The notes: generated by a model not told the origin, from the sequence alone. A stretch of 64,000 bases of DNA from an uncultured Bacteroidales bacterium (GCA_903875045.1 CAIQUS010000220.1:784-64783), one strand, 5' to 3'; positions 9,334-16,298 are shown, counted from the first letter of the stretch. A program made the numbers and translations.

Positions 9334-10296
9334 TTAAACGATATCTTCGGAAACCTTATTCCCTTCATCATCATATTCATAGAACCCGATACCGCTGACC
9401 CGTCCGAGCCGGTTTGCCCTAACAAGCTTCTTGATCATCGGGGAGGCAATGTAACGTGTGGAACCAAATTCACTGTACAGGTTTTCCATCCAGCGCACCA
9501 CCTTATCCAATCCTACCTTATCAGCAAATTCAAACGGGCCCAATGGCATATTGAAGCAGGAACGCATCGTGAGGTCAATGTTTTCCATGGAACTTACACC
9601 CTCCATGAGTGTTTCACAGGCCTCGTTCAGCAATACAACGAACAGTCTCACACTCACGAGTCCGGGCGACTCCATCACCGGGATCGAGATTTTTTCCAGC
9701 AATTTGACAAACTTGATCACCTTTTGATAAGCCTCGTTGGTGGTATGCAGCCCTTTTGCCAACTCTACCACACTGGCACCGGGAGCCGTAGTTGAAATAT
9801 GAAGGCTTACGCACCGTTCTTTGTGTTCGAGTTCGGATGACAATTCAGTAACAACGATGGTTGAAGAGTTTGTAGCGATGATACACTCTTTGCTCACCTC
9901 TTTTTCGATCTTGAGAAAAACCTCTTTTCGCATATCAAAACTTGATTGCCCCTGTTTTGATTTGATGGTTTCAATCACCAGTTCACAATCACAAAAATCA
10001 GCGTAAAGCAGCGTTCCTTTAATCCTGGAAAGAATGGCTGTTTTTTCACCCGGGGTAAGCCCCCAGTGATTTATTTCATGGTCGAGTTCCTTCTTGATAT
10101 TTTCAAATGCATCAAGGATCAGATCCGGACTTAATTCGAGAAAAATTACCTCAATACCATGTTTCGATGCCGTAATGGCCAATTCCTGCCCTACACTGCC
10201 GCAACCGACAATGCCTATCTTTGAAAATAGGATTTTGGGTCTCGATTCTTTGCTCAGCCCATATTTTTCAATAGGCTCCACGATCATTTCTGCCAT
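9334..10296 (-). CDS. 3-hydroxyacyl-CoA / 3-hydroxybutyryl-CoA dehydrogenase family protein
   Basis: IGIVGCGSVGQELA is a Rossmann motif. The length and C-terminal domain pattern (PLGPFEFADKVGLD, RLGRVSGIGFY) fit the family. Confidence 0.8.
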   Translation of the reverse strand: MAEMIVEPIEKYGLSKESRPKILFSKIGIVGCGSVGQELAITASKHGIEVIFLELSPDLILDAFENIKKELDHEINHWGLTPGEKTAILSRIKGTLLYADFCDCELVIETIKSKQGQSSFDMRKEVFLKIEKEVSKECIIATNSSTIVVTELSSELEHKERCVSLHISTTAPGASVVELAKGLHTTNEAYQKVIKFVKLLEKISIPVMESPGLVSVRLFVVLLNEACETLMEGVSSMENIDLTMRSCFNMPLGPFEFADKVGLDKVVRWMENLYSEFGSTRYIASPMIKKLVRANRLGRVSGIGFYEYDDEGNKVSEDIV

Positions 10297-10340
10297 AATA
10301 ATTGTATGTGTTTAATCTTCAATCATGCGTAAATCCCAAG

Positions 10341-10392
10341 TCAAAAATTCCAAATCCAAAAAATCCAAATTCCAATTCCAAATCAAAAATCC
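10341..10392. repeat. Low-complexity (A)TTCCAAA-type tract
   Basis: The sequence is tcaaaaattccaaatccaaaaaatccaaattccaattccaaatcaaaaatcc. Confidence 0.6.
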
Positions 10393-10454
10393 TGCATCAT
10401 CCCACCCCTTTCAAAAAACGTGCAAAGGTACAAAATAAACAATGACCCCCCAGT

Positions 10455-10503
10455 TGTCAATTGTCCTTTGTCCTTTATCAATTGTCCTTTGTCAATTGTC
10501 CTT
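10455..10503. repeat. Tandem about-14-nt repeat, GTCAATTGTCCTTT-like
   Basis: The sequence is tgtcaattgtcctttgtcctttatcaattgtcctttgtcaattgtccttc. Confidence 0.6.
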
Positions 10504-10538
10504 CGTCACCCGTCACCCGTCACCCGTCACCCGTCACC
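10504..10538. repeat. Heptanucleotide repeat (CGTCACC) x5, perfect
   Basis: Five perfect units at 10504, 10511, 10518, 10525 and 10532. Confidence 0.9.
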
Positions 10539-10664
10539 CTGAAGCCCGGAAAGTATACCTGCAAGTTTATCGTTGACAACAAATGGATTAATGATCCCTC
10601 CAACGACATTTGGGAGGAAAACGAATACGGAACAGGAAATTCGGTGCTATGGATAGAGCCGTAG
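10539..10664 (+). pseudogene. C-terminal remnant of an AMPK-beta/CBM48-like glycogen-binding domain gene
   Basis: LKPGKYTCKFIVDNKWINDPSNDIWEENEYGTGNSVLWIEP matches the last third of a CBM48/AMPK1_CBM domain. There is no in-frame ATG, and the N-terminal half is replaced by simple repeats. Confidence 0.45.
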
Positions 10665-10724
10665 ACCATTCTCATGAAACAATTGCCTTACATTGCCGAT
10701 GATGCTTCCCGGTTTCTTCCGTGA

Positions 10725-11378
10725 CTATTTTCCAGGGGTTGCCGTGATATAAATCCGGTACATCAACTTCCCAAACAACCGTGCATCGTACCACATATAA
10801 TAAAAACGTTCGGCATTGAACCAATTGATGCCGTCTATCCGGTCATCATGGCGGTCATAAGGATCTGCAAATATGATCACATCATCAGATATCGGAGCCG
10901 TATTACGCGTATCATATCCAATGGCCACTACCCAGTGTCCACCCCAGTCGCTCCATTCAATGAGTGTCGGTACCTTCCGGGCCAGGTTTTCGCGGATCAT
11001 TTCCAGGGTGCCGTTTTCTCCCCACGCAACAGAAAAACCATTTTCCCGGAGCCATCCGGCCATGTTTTCGGGGGTGGTGCCATGGGTGGTACTGGTATTC
11101 ATCTCCCGTGCGAGTTGCATTTCGTCACCAGTTCGGTTATAATATTGCAGCAGCGTTAACACAGCAGATGGCCCACAGGTATAATCAGTTGTTTGCTGAT
11201 AAGCCTTCAAATTGAGCAGGACAAGCCCGGCCCGGGGCTTACTGATATCCCTTACATAGTATTCGCTTGGAGCAAACGACTCATCAGGGGTATAAACAGT
11301 ATCGGATTTGGTGCACGACAACAACGCCACCAGCAGGCTGATCGCGGCAAAACGCATGGAGATTACATCAGGTTTCAT
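10725..11378 (-). CDS. Peptidase C39-like (papain-fold) lipoprotein
   Basis: Signal peptide with lipobox LLSC. YTCGPSAVLTLLQYY is the catalytic Cys context. GGHWVVAIGYD and IIFADP supply the His/Asp, as in the Peptidase_C39_2 family. Confidence 0.6.
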   Translation of the reverse strand: MKPDVISMRFAAISLLVALLSCTKSDTVYTPDESFAPSEYYVRDISKPRAGLVLLNLKAYQQTTDYTCGPSAVLTLLQYYNRTGDEMQLAREMNTSTTHGTTPENMAGWLRENGFSVAWGENGTLEMIRENLARKVPTLIEWSDWGGHWVVAIGYDTRNTAPISDDVIIFADPYDRHDDRIDGINWFNAERFYYMWYDARLFGKLMYRIYITATPGK

Positions 11379-11404
11379 GTTTTGAATTTGGAGAGATAAA
11401 AATA

Positions 11405-11445
11405 ATCAAAAAAAGCCATCCCGATGAACCGGGATGGCTTTTCTG
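11405..11445 (-). terminator. Rho-independent terminator downstream of paralog 1
   Basis: AGCCATCCCG-atgaac-CGGGATGGCT (11414-11439). A plus-strand A-run precedes it, which reads as a T-run on the minus strand. Confidence 0.7.
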
Positions 11446-11468
11446 AACATTTAAAAATGCGCCTTGGA

Positions 11469-11912
11469 TCAGCGGATATCCGTTCCGGCAATGGTTTCAG
11501 CAGGAACAGGCCTGATGATGAACAAATAACTGGCCCCGCCATAAAATACTCCGGTTTTTGAGCAGGAAAGAATATTGTACGACTTTTGGTCATTGGGCAG
11601 CTGAATCATCCTGGCTACCCTGGTTCCCCTTACCGTCCCATTTTCAAAAAACGAGTAGTCCGAAACTCCCGGTTGAAAGGCTTGAGATGGTGCAATCTGC
11701 CGACCTGTTTCATCGGACATTTGAACGAGATATTGAAATCCGGTGTTATTGAGATACTTCATGTTTTCTATGCGTACAACATAACAAACTTTTTGTGCTT
11801 TTGATTTTTCCGGAAGGTCACTGCTTAAATTTTTTTGTGCATACAAGGTATTAAAACCGGTTGCAAAAATAAGGATCAGACTGAGTGCGAGAATTAATTT
11901 TGATGTTTTCAT
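11469..11912 (-). CDS. Small secreted protein, divergent member of the four-copy paralog family (paralog 1)
   Basis: MKTSKLILALSLILIFATGFNTLYAQ is a signal peptide. It shares ...PGVSDYSFFENG...G.RVA... and the same conserved promoter with the other three copies. Confidence 0.6.
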   Translation of the reverse strand: MKTSKLILALSLILIFATGFNTLYAQKNLSSDLPEKSKAQKVCYVVRIENMKYLNNTGFQYLVQMSDETGRQIAPSQAFQPGVSDYSFFENGTVRGTRVARMIQLPNDQKSYNILSCSKTGVFYGGASYLFIIRPVPAETIAGTDIR

Positions 11913-11952
11913 GGCTATGATTTTTTAGGGTTTATAATTGTTTTTGATGATG

Positions 11953-11984
11953 TAAAGATACATCGGCGGAAAGGGCAGCCACAA
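11953..11984 (-). promoter_or_regulatory. Conserved core promoter TTG-N21-TATCTTTA for paralog 1
   Basis: On the minus strand: TTG (11982-11984), a 21-nt spacer, then TATCTTTA (11953-11960). The same geometry occurs upstream of all four paralogs. Confidence 0.5.
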
Positions 11985-12051
11985 CCGCCGGAATGCCTGA
12001 TTTTATGGAGGATTATTACGCGAATTGCAGCGTAAAAACATGAACTTTTGA

Positions 12052-12067
12052 AGCGTAATTTTACGCA
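12052..12067. promoter_or_regulatory. 7-2-7 inverted repeat AGCGTAA-TT-TTACGCA
   Basis: The centre lies 148 nt upstream of the paralog 1 ATG. There is one outer mismatch to the perfect copy at 12732. Confidence 0.55.
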
Positions 12068-12068
12068 C

Positions 12069-12099
12069 AAAAAAAACCGTCCCGGGGTTACCGGGACGG
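12069..12099 (-). terminator. Rho-independent terminator downstream of paralog 2
   Basis: CCGTCCCGG-ggtta-CCGGGACGG (12077-12099), preceded by an A8 run on the plus strand. Confidence 0.7.
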
Positions 12100-12133
12100 C
12101 CTGCATGCGGGAAAATATGAGGAGTTTAAAGGG

Positions 12134-12592
12134 TCATTTTGATTTCTGCACCTGGGGAAATAAATCAAACCGGTAGGTTTGCCCGTTGGCGAACGGGCCC
12201 TGTAATACCACCGGTTTGGTATAATATTCAATCTCACACTGATAACGGCGACCGCTGCCCTGTTCGCCATCTTTACCGATCGGAGCCAATACCAGTCGCG
12301 CAATTCTCCACCCGTTGACAGGGCCCCGTTCGAAAAATTCATACACGGATACGCCCGGGGTGAATATTTTAGCCGGAACCACCTGGTATCCATTCCCATT
12401 CAGGATTTCAACCTGATATAGATTGCAGAGTGGTTTCTCAGATGCCGGCACGTAAATATTAACCTGGTAGCGGATCACAGGATTTACAGATGCTTGTGTA
12501 TTTTTGCCCTGCGGGTTGGAAGCATATATTCCATTTACTGTTGAAAGGATCAGTGCAATAATCAGGGCCAGGTAATTCTTTGTTGTTTTCAT
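12134..12592 (-). CDS. Small secreted protein, paralog family member 2
   Basis: Signal peptide MKTTKNYLALIIALILSTVNGIYAS. Shared signature: RYQVNIYVPASEKPLCNLYQVEILNGNG...PGVSVYEFFERGP...GQTYRFDLFP. Confidence 0.7.
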   Translation of the reverse strand: MKTTKNYLALIIALILSTVNGIYASNPQGKNTQASVNPVIRYQVNIYVPASEKPLCNLYQVEILNGNGYQVVPAKIFTPGVSVYEFFERGPVNGWRIARLVLAPIGKDGEQGSGRRYQCEIEYYTKPVVLQGPFANGQTYRFDLFPQVQKSK

Positions 12593-12632
12593 GGATTTGT
12601 TTTTTTATAGTTGGTGTTGTTTTTTTATATTG

Positions 12633-12664
12633 TAAAAGTACTACAGACGGCAGGGTGGTTTCAA
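12633..12664 (-). promoter_or_regulatory. Conserved core promoter TTG-N21-TACTTTTA for paralog 2
   Basis: On the minus strand: TTG (12662-12664), a 21-nt spacer, then TACTTTTA (12633-12640). Confidence 0.5.
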
Positions 12665-12731
12665 GCGCTGAAATGCCTGATTTACATGGTAAAATCATTG
12701 ATAAAGGACTCGTATTTCTGCGCAGTCGCCC

Positions 12732-12747
12732 TGCGTAATTTTACGCA
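12732..12747. promoter_or_regulatory. Perfect 7-2-7 inverted repeat TGCGTAA-TT-TTACGCA
   Basis: The centre lies 148 nt upstream of the paralog 2 ATG (minus strand) and 98 nt upstream of the kinase ATG (plus strand). Confidence 0.65.
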
Positions 12748-12796
12748 TGTTTCAAGCAGACAGGCTGAAGACACAGGTTGGTCCGTTTTTTTATCG

Positions 12797-12804
12797 TATC
12801 TTTC
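12797..12804 (+). promoter_or_regulatory. -7-like box TATCTTTC upstream of the kinase gene
   Basis: It lies 34 nt before the ATG at 12838. The context TTTTTTATCGTATCTTTC is paralogous to the one upstream of the regulator gene. Confidence 0.4.
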
Positions 12805-12837
12805 TGACATCAACCAGCCCCCTTAAAAATCGACCGA

Positions 12838-14196
12838 ATGAAGACGATCAGTGAATCCGGCTTTCTTTCCGGAGTTTTTAATTCGATTCCAAATCCCATT
12901 TTTGCCCTGGATAAAAGGAGAAGTTTTTTTCTGGCAAACCAGGCTTTCTGTGATCTTGTTGGTATCCCGGTTTCGAAGATCGGGGGAATGCTCATCGATC
13001 AGGTATTATCCCCTGAAATATGCAACTTTTTTAATGGGGAGCCCGGCACTGCCAGTAACCGGGAAATATATGTGGGTAGCAAGGATGGGGTGATCAAACC
13101 GTACCTCGTTTCAGTAATTCCTGCCAACTTCGAAAACAGCGCCCTGGAGGTTTTTACCCTCAAGGACCTCACTGAGCATAAACGGGCTGAGGAGTCGCTT
13201 CGTGAAAGCGAGACCTTATACAGAACCCTTGTCAACCAGCTGCCAAACCCGATCCTGATCCATATCAACGGGAATGTGGTTTTTGCAAACGATCTGCTCC
13301 TGGGGATAACCGGTTTCAGCCATGATGAAATCATCGGTAAAAATGTAGCTCGCCTCTTAACAGACCCGGCTGATATTAAAAATAACGGGGTTTTTAAAAA
13401 TCTGACGGGCGATTCATTCGTTGAGGAAGAGGAATTTGAAATCAGAACTGAAAACAGAAAGGTTGTAATCAAAAATTTTCTGTTGCGGAACAGTAAAATA
13501 AAATACAAAGGTCAGGATGCCATCATGACGATTCTGATTGATATCACCGAAAGAAAACACCTTGAAAAATACGTACTCAGCCGGGTGATCGAAACGGAAG
13601 AAAAGGACCGTAAACAATTTGCGGCAGATCTGCACGATGACCTGGGACCAATCTTATCCAGCATAAAATTGCACCTGGGCTTGCTTGAACATTCCAAAAC
13701 ACCCGGGAAATTTGCGGAAACCCTCGGGATATGCAACCAGCAACTGGCAGAAACAATTGCTAAAATGAGAATTGTAGCCAATAATCTGATGCCCAGGCTT
13801 ATAGAAAATTTCGGATTGGAAGCAGCGCTGAATTCATTTATCAGTACCATGCAGCAGGAGGAAGTTTTTTCGATCAGTTTCGTTTCCAACCTGAAAGGGC
13901 GCAGGTTTCCAAAACAAACGGAATTGCATTTTTACAGAATTATTTGTGAGTTGATCAACAATACCGTGAAACATGCCGGGGCAACCAAAGCCGTTGTAAA
14001 GCTGACAGCCACCAGGGGGTTGTTAAAACTTAACTATTCAGATAATGGCAAGGGGTATCGTATTGCCGAAATAAACAAAAAATCCGGAGGGATGGGTATC
14101 GGTAACATCATTCAGCGGGCCAACCTCATAGATGCAAAAATTCAATTTATCGACCGGAAAGGAAAAACAGAGGTTAGTATTCAAAAGGATTTGTAG
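12838..14196 (+). CDS. Cytoplasmic sensor histidine kinase (two PAS-like regions, HisKA_3, HATPase_c)
   Basis: H-box FAADLHDDLGPILSSIKLHL is NarX/LiaS/DegS type. NNTVKHAG and GGMGIGNIIQRA are N/G boxes. There is no hydrophobic membrane segment. Confidence 0.85.
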   Translation: MKTISESGFLSGVFNSIPNPIFALDKRRSFFLANQAFCDLVGIPVSKIGGMLIDQVLSPEICNFFNGEPGTASNREIYVGSKDGVIKPYLVSVIPANFENSALEVFTLKDLTEHKRAEESLRESETLYRTLVNQLPNPILIHINGNVVFANDLLLGITGFSHDEIIGKNVARLLTDPADIKNNGVFKNLTGDSFVEEEEFEIRTENRKVVIKNFLLRNSKIKYKGQDAIMTILIDITERKHLEKYVLSRVIETEEKDRKQFAADLHDDLGPILSSIKLHLGLLEHSKTPGKFAETLGICNQQLAETIAKMRIVANNLMPRLIENFGLEAALNSFISTMQQEEVFSISFVSNLKGRRFPKQTELHFYRIICELINNTVKHAGATKAVVKLTATRGLLKLNYSDNGKGYRIAEINKKSGGMGIGNIIQRANLIDAKIQFIDRKGKTEVSIQKDL

Positions 14197-14223
14197 TAAA
14201 CGATCAGCCATGGACCGGCCCAA

Positions 14224-14253
14224 TAAAAAAAGGCCGGGATCAATCTCCCGGCC
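14224..14253 (-). terminator. Rho-independent terminator downstream of paralog 3; it may also serve the kinase gene
   Basis: GGCCGGGA-tcaatc-TCCCGGCC (14232-14253), preceded by an A-run on the plus strand. Confidence 0.7.
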
Positions 14254-14283
14254 TCTGCTGCTTTGGTGAAAGGTTGCTTTTCT

Positions 14284-14718
14284 CTAATTTTTGTGAGGGG
14301 TTGGTTGTGGGAATAAGTCGTAACGATAAGTCTGTCCGGGTAAAAACGGCCCTTGCAAAACCACCGGTGCGGTGAATAATTCAGTTTCACACATGAAATG
14401 GCTTTGCATTGGCGCAAGTACCAGCACGGCCACCCGTGCGCCTGAGGCGGGGCCCCGTTCATAAAAATCATATTTTGAAACACCAGGGATATAACGTTTG
14501 GCAGGTGCTACCAGTTGCCCGTTGCCATTTAATATCTCAACAAGATACACATTACATATTGATTTATCGTTGGGTGCGATGATATTGACATGATGGCAAA
14601 TCAACGGATTCGCTGATATCCTGCCATCTCTGTTGTCGATAATGGCTGAAAAGGCGGAGGTTACTGCAAAAAGCAAAAGTGCAGAAATGAGGCTGGAAAT
14701 TCTTTTTGTTGTTTTCAT
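14284..14718 (-). CDS. Small secreted protein, paralog family member 3
   Basis: Signal peptide MKTTKRISSLISALLLFAVTSAFSA. Shared signature: SICNVYLVEILNGNGQLVAPA...PGVSKYDFYERGP...GQTYRYDLFP. Confidence 0.7.
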   Translation of the reverse strand: MKTTKRISSLISALLLFAVTSAFSAIIDNRDGRISANPLICHHVNIIAPNDKSICNVYLVEILNGNGQLVAPAKRYIPGVSKYDFYERGPASGARVAVLVLAPMQSHFMCETELFTAPVVLQGPFLPGQTYRYDLFPQPTPHKN

Positions 14719-14758
14719 GGCTTTGTATTTTAGGGTTGTTTGTTTTTGTTTGATGATG

Positions 14759-14790
14759 TAAAATTACATCGGAAAGGCAGGAGGTATCAA
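14759..14790 (-). promoter_or_regulatory. Conserved core promoter TTG-N21-TAATTTTA for paralog 3
   Basis: On the minus strand: TTG (14788-14790), a 21-nt spacer, then TAATTTTA (14759-14766). It is embedded in GATGTAA-AA-TTACATC. Confidence 0.5.
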
Positions 14791-14833
14791 GCGCTTAAAT
14801 ACCTGATATTAAAGGGTTTTTTGCGTTGTTTCC

Positions 14834-14849
14834 AACGTATTATTACGCA
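14834..14849. promoter_or_regulatory. Degenerate copy of the 7-2-7 repeat (AACGTAT-TA-TTACGCA)
   Basis: The right half-site is intact and the left half matches 4 of 7. The centre lies 97 nt upstream of the regulator ATG and 124 nt upstream of the paralog 3 ATG. Confidence 0.4.
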
Positions 14850-14897
14850 AATCAAAAAGAAATGAATGTGAATGTTGCGGAAAATCTTTTTTAAGTG

Positions 14898-14905
14898 TAT
14901 CTTTC
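14898..14905 (+). promoter_or_regulatory. -7-like box TATCTTTC upstream of the response regulator gene
   Basis: It lies 33 nt before the ATG at 14938. TTG sits 20 nt upstream of the box. Confidence 0.4.
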
Positions 14906-14937
14906 GCCAAATTAAGTAGTATTTAACGATCGATCAG

Positions 14938-15579
14938 ATGAAAACAAAGAAGACAGTTTTTATCGTTGAGGACCATGCAATTTTCAGGGAAGGGCTGAAG
15001 AGGGTTATTGGTGAAATGGAAGATGTGGAGTTGATTGGAGAAGCTGAAAACGGAGCGGTATTCCTCGAGAAGTTAAAAAAAGTTTCGCCGGATATTGTTC
15101 TCATGGATATCCAGATGCCGGTCATGGACGGACTTGAAGCTACGGAAAAAGCCTTAAAGCATGATCCATCCCTGAAGATTTTGGTTATCAGTATGTTTGG
15201 CGAGGAGGAATACGTTTACTCCATGGTTGAAAAGGGAGTATATGGTTTTATTTTAAAAACCTCCGGAATCAGGGATCTTGAAAAGGCCATCCACAGGGTT
15301 TCTGAAGGACAGCAATATTATTCAGAGGAAATTATGGGATTGCTGGTAAAAAAAGTGCGGCAGATTGATGCGGTTGAGAAAATTTCTTTTACCGAAAAAG
15401 AGATGGAGGTCCTGAGGTTGCTATGCAAGGGTTTTTCAAACAATGACATTGCCGACAAATTATTTCTAAGTGTTCGCACGGTTGAAGGATACCGGAACAA
15501 GTTACTCCAGAAAACCGGATCGGTCAATGTGATCAACCTGGTCATTTTCGCATTGCGCAATAAATTGGTTATCATGTAA
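14938..15579 (+). CDS. Response regulator, NarL/FixJ (LuxR-type HTH) family
   Basis: REC domain (VFIVEDH, DIVLMDIQMPVMDG, KILVISM) plus a LuxR HTH (EKEMEVLRLLCKGFSNNDIADKLFLSVRTVEGYRNKLLQKTG). Confidence 0.9.
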   Translation: MKTKKTVFIVEDHAIFREGLKRVIGEMEDVELIGEAENGAVFLEKLKKVSPDIVLMDIQMPVMDGLEATEKALKHDPSLKILVISMFGEEEYVYSMVEKGVYGFILKTSGIRDLEKAIHRVSEGQQYYSEEIMGLLVKKVRQIDAVEKISFTEKEMEVLRLLCKGFSNNDIADKLFLSVRTVEGYRNKLLQKTGSVNVINLVIFALRNKLVIM

Positions 15580-15580
15580 A

Positions 15581-15613
15581 AAAAATCCGCCCCAATGAAC
15601 CGGGACGGATTTT
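15581..15613. terminator. Bidirectional hairpin terminator between the regulator gene and paralog 4
   Basis: ATCCGCCCC-aatgaac-CGGGACGGAT with one mismatch, flanked by A8 on the left and TTTT on the right. Confidence 0.6.
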
Positions 15614-15645
15614 CCGCTTGCTGATAATATGTTATCCCTTCCGCA

Positions 15646-16080
15646 TCAGTGCTTGGGAGCCAGCGTTGATGGAAAGAGGTCGAAGCGATAGGTTTGTCCG
15701 ATTACAAACGGGGCGTTCAAAACAGCCGGTTTGGTAAATAATTCTGTAGGGCAGGCAATAGGGTCACCATATTGATTTTTGACCAGAACGGCAATTCTTT
15801 TGCCTGTTGCCAGACCACGTTCTGTAAATTCATACCTGCTTACCCCGAGGATATATGGTTGTGCCGGGGCGACCAGGCGGCCATTCCCGTCAAAAATCTT
15901 AACCAGATACATGTTGCAAAGTGGTTTTTCGCTGGAGAACACCACGTTGACTTGATACCTGGTTACGGTGCCTGGCAGAACCTGATTGTTTTTCGGCTCA
16001 ATGCCAGCTGAATAAACGGTTGATACCGCTGCAAAGATCAGTACGAGACTGAGAACTGAGATGATTTTTGTTGCTTTCAT
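15646..16080 (-). CDS. Small secreted protein, paralog family member 4
   Basis: Signal peptide MKATKIISVLSLVLIFAAVSTVYSA. Shared signature: RYQVNVVFSSEKPLCNMYLVKIFDGNGRLVAPA...GVSRYEFTERG...GQTYRFDLFP. Confidence 0.7.
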   Translation of the reverse strand: MKATKIISVLSLVLIFAAVSTVYSAGIEPKNNQVLPGTVTRYQVNVVFSSEKPLCNMYLVKIFDGNGRLVAPAQPYILGVSRYEFTERGLATGKRIAVLVKNQYGDPIACPTELFTKPAVLNAPFVIGQTYRFDLFPSTLAPKH

Positions 16081-16124
16081 GGTTTTGTTTTTTAGGGTTA
16101 GTTGCTGATGTTGTTTTGATGATG

Positions 16125-16156
16125 TAAAATTACAACGCGGCGATGGGTGGATTCAA
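16125..16156 (-). promoter_or_regulatory. Conserved core promoter TTG-N21-TAATTTTA for paralog 4
   Basis: On the minus strand: TTG (16154-16156), a 21-nt spacer, then TAATTTTA (16125-16132). Confidence 0.5.
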
Positions 16157-16222
16157 GCGCCGAAATGCCCGATTTGTTGGAGTTGTTTAACGCAAAATCC
16201 TCACGTAAAAAGATAAATCAAC

Positions 16223-16240
16223 ATGCGTAGTTTTACGCAT
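16223..16240. promoter_or_regulatory. Inverted repeat ATGCGTA-GTTT-TACGCAT (7-2-7 reading: TGCGTAG-TT-TTACGCA)
   Basis: The centre lies 152 nt upstream of the paralog 4 ATG and about 30 nt upstream of the usp -7 box. Confidence 0.6.
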
Positions 16241-16261
16241 AAGTTTTCATTCCAAGTTCAC

Positions 16262-16269
16262 TATTTTTG
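16262..16269 (+). promoter_or_regulatory. -7 box TATTTTTG upstream of the Usp gene
   Basis: Exact TAnnTTTG match 30 nt before the ATG at 16299. Confidence 0.45.
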
Positions 16270-16298
16270 AAGAAAAATTTCTTGCTAATGCTTTAAAT

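Noticed and set aside
14755-14770. GATGTAA-AA-TTACATC as purely a second regulator operator
   Set aside because: In all four loci the same position reads TAnnTTTA exactly 21 nt downstream of a TTG. This is better explained as the core -7/-33 promoter. The palindromic character is weak in loci 1 and 2, so dual use remains only a possibility.
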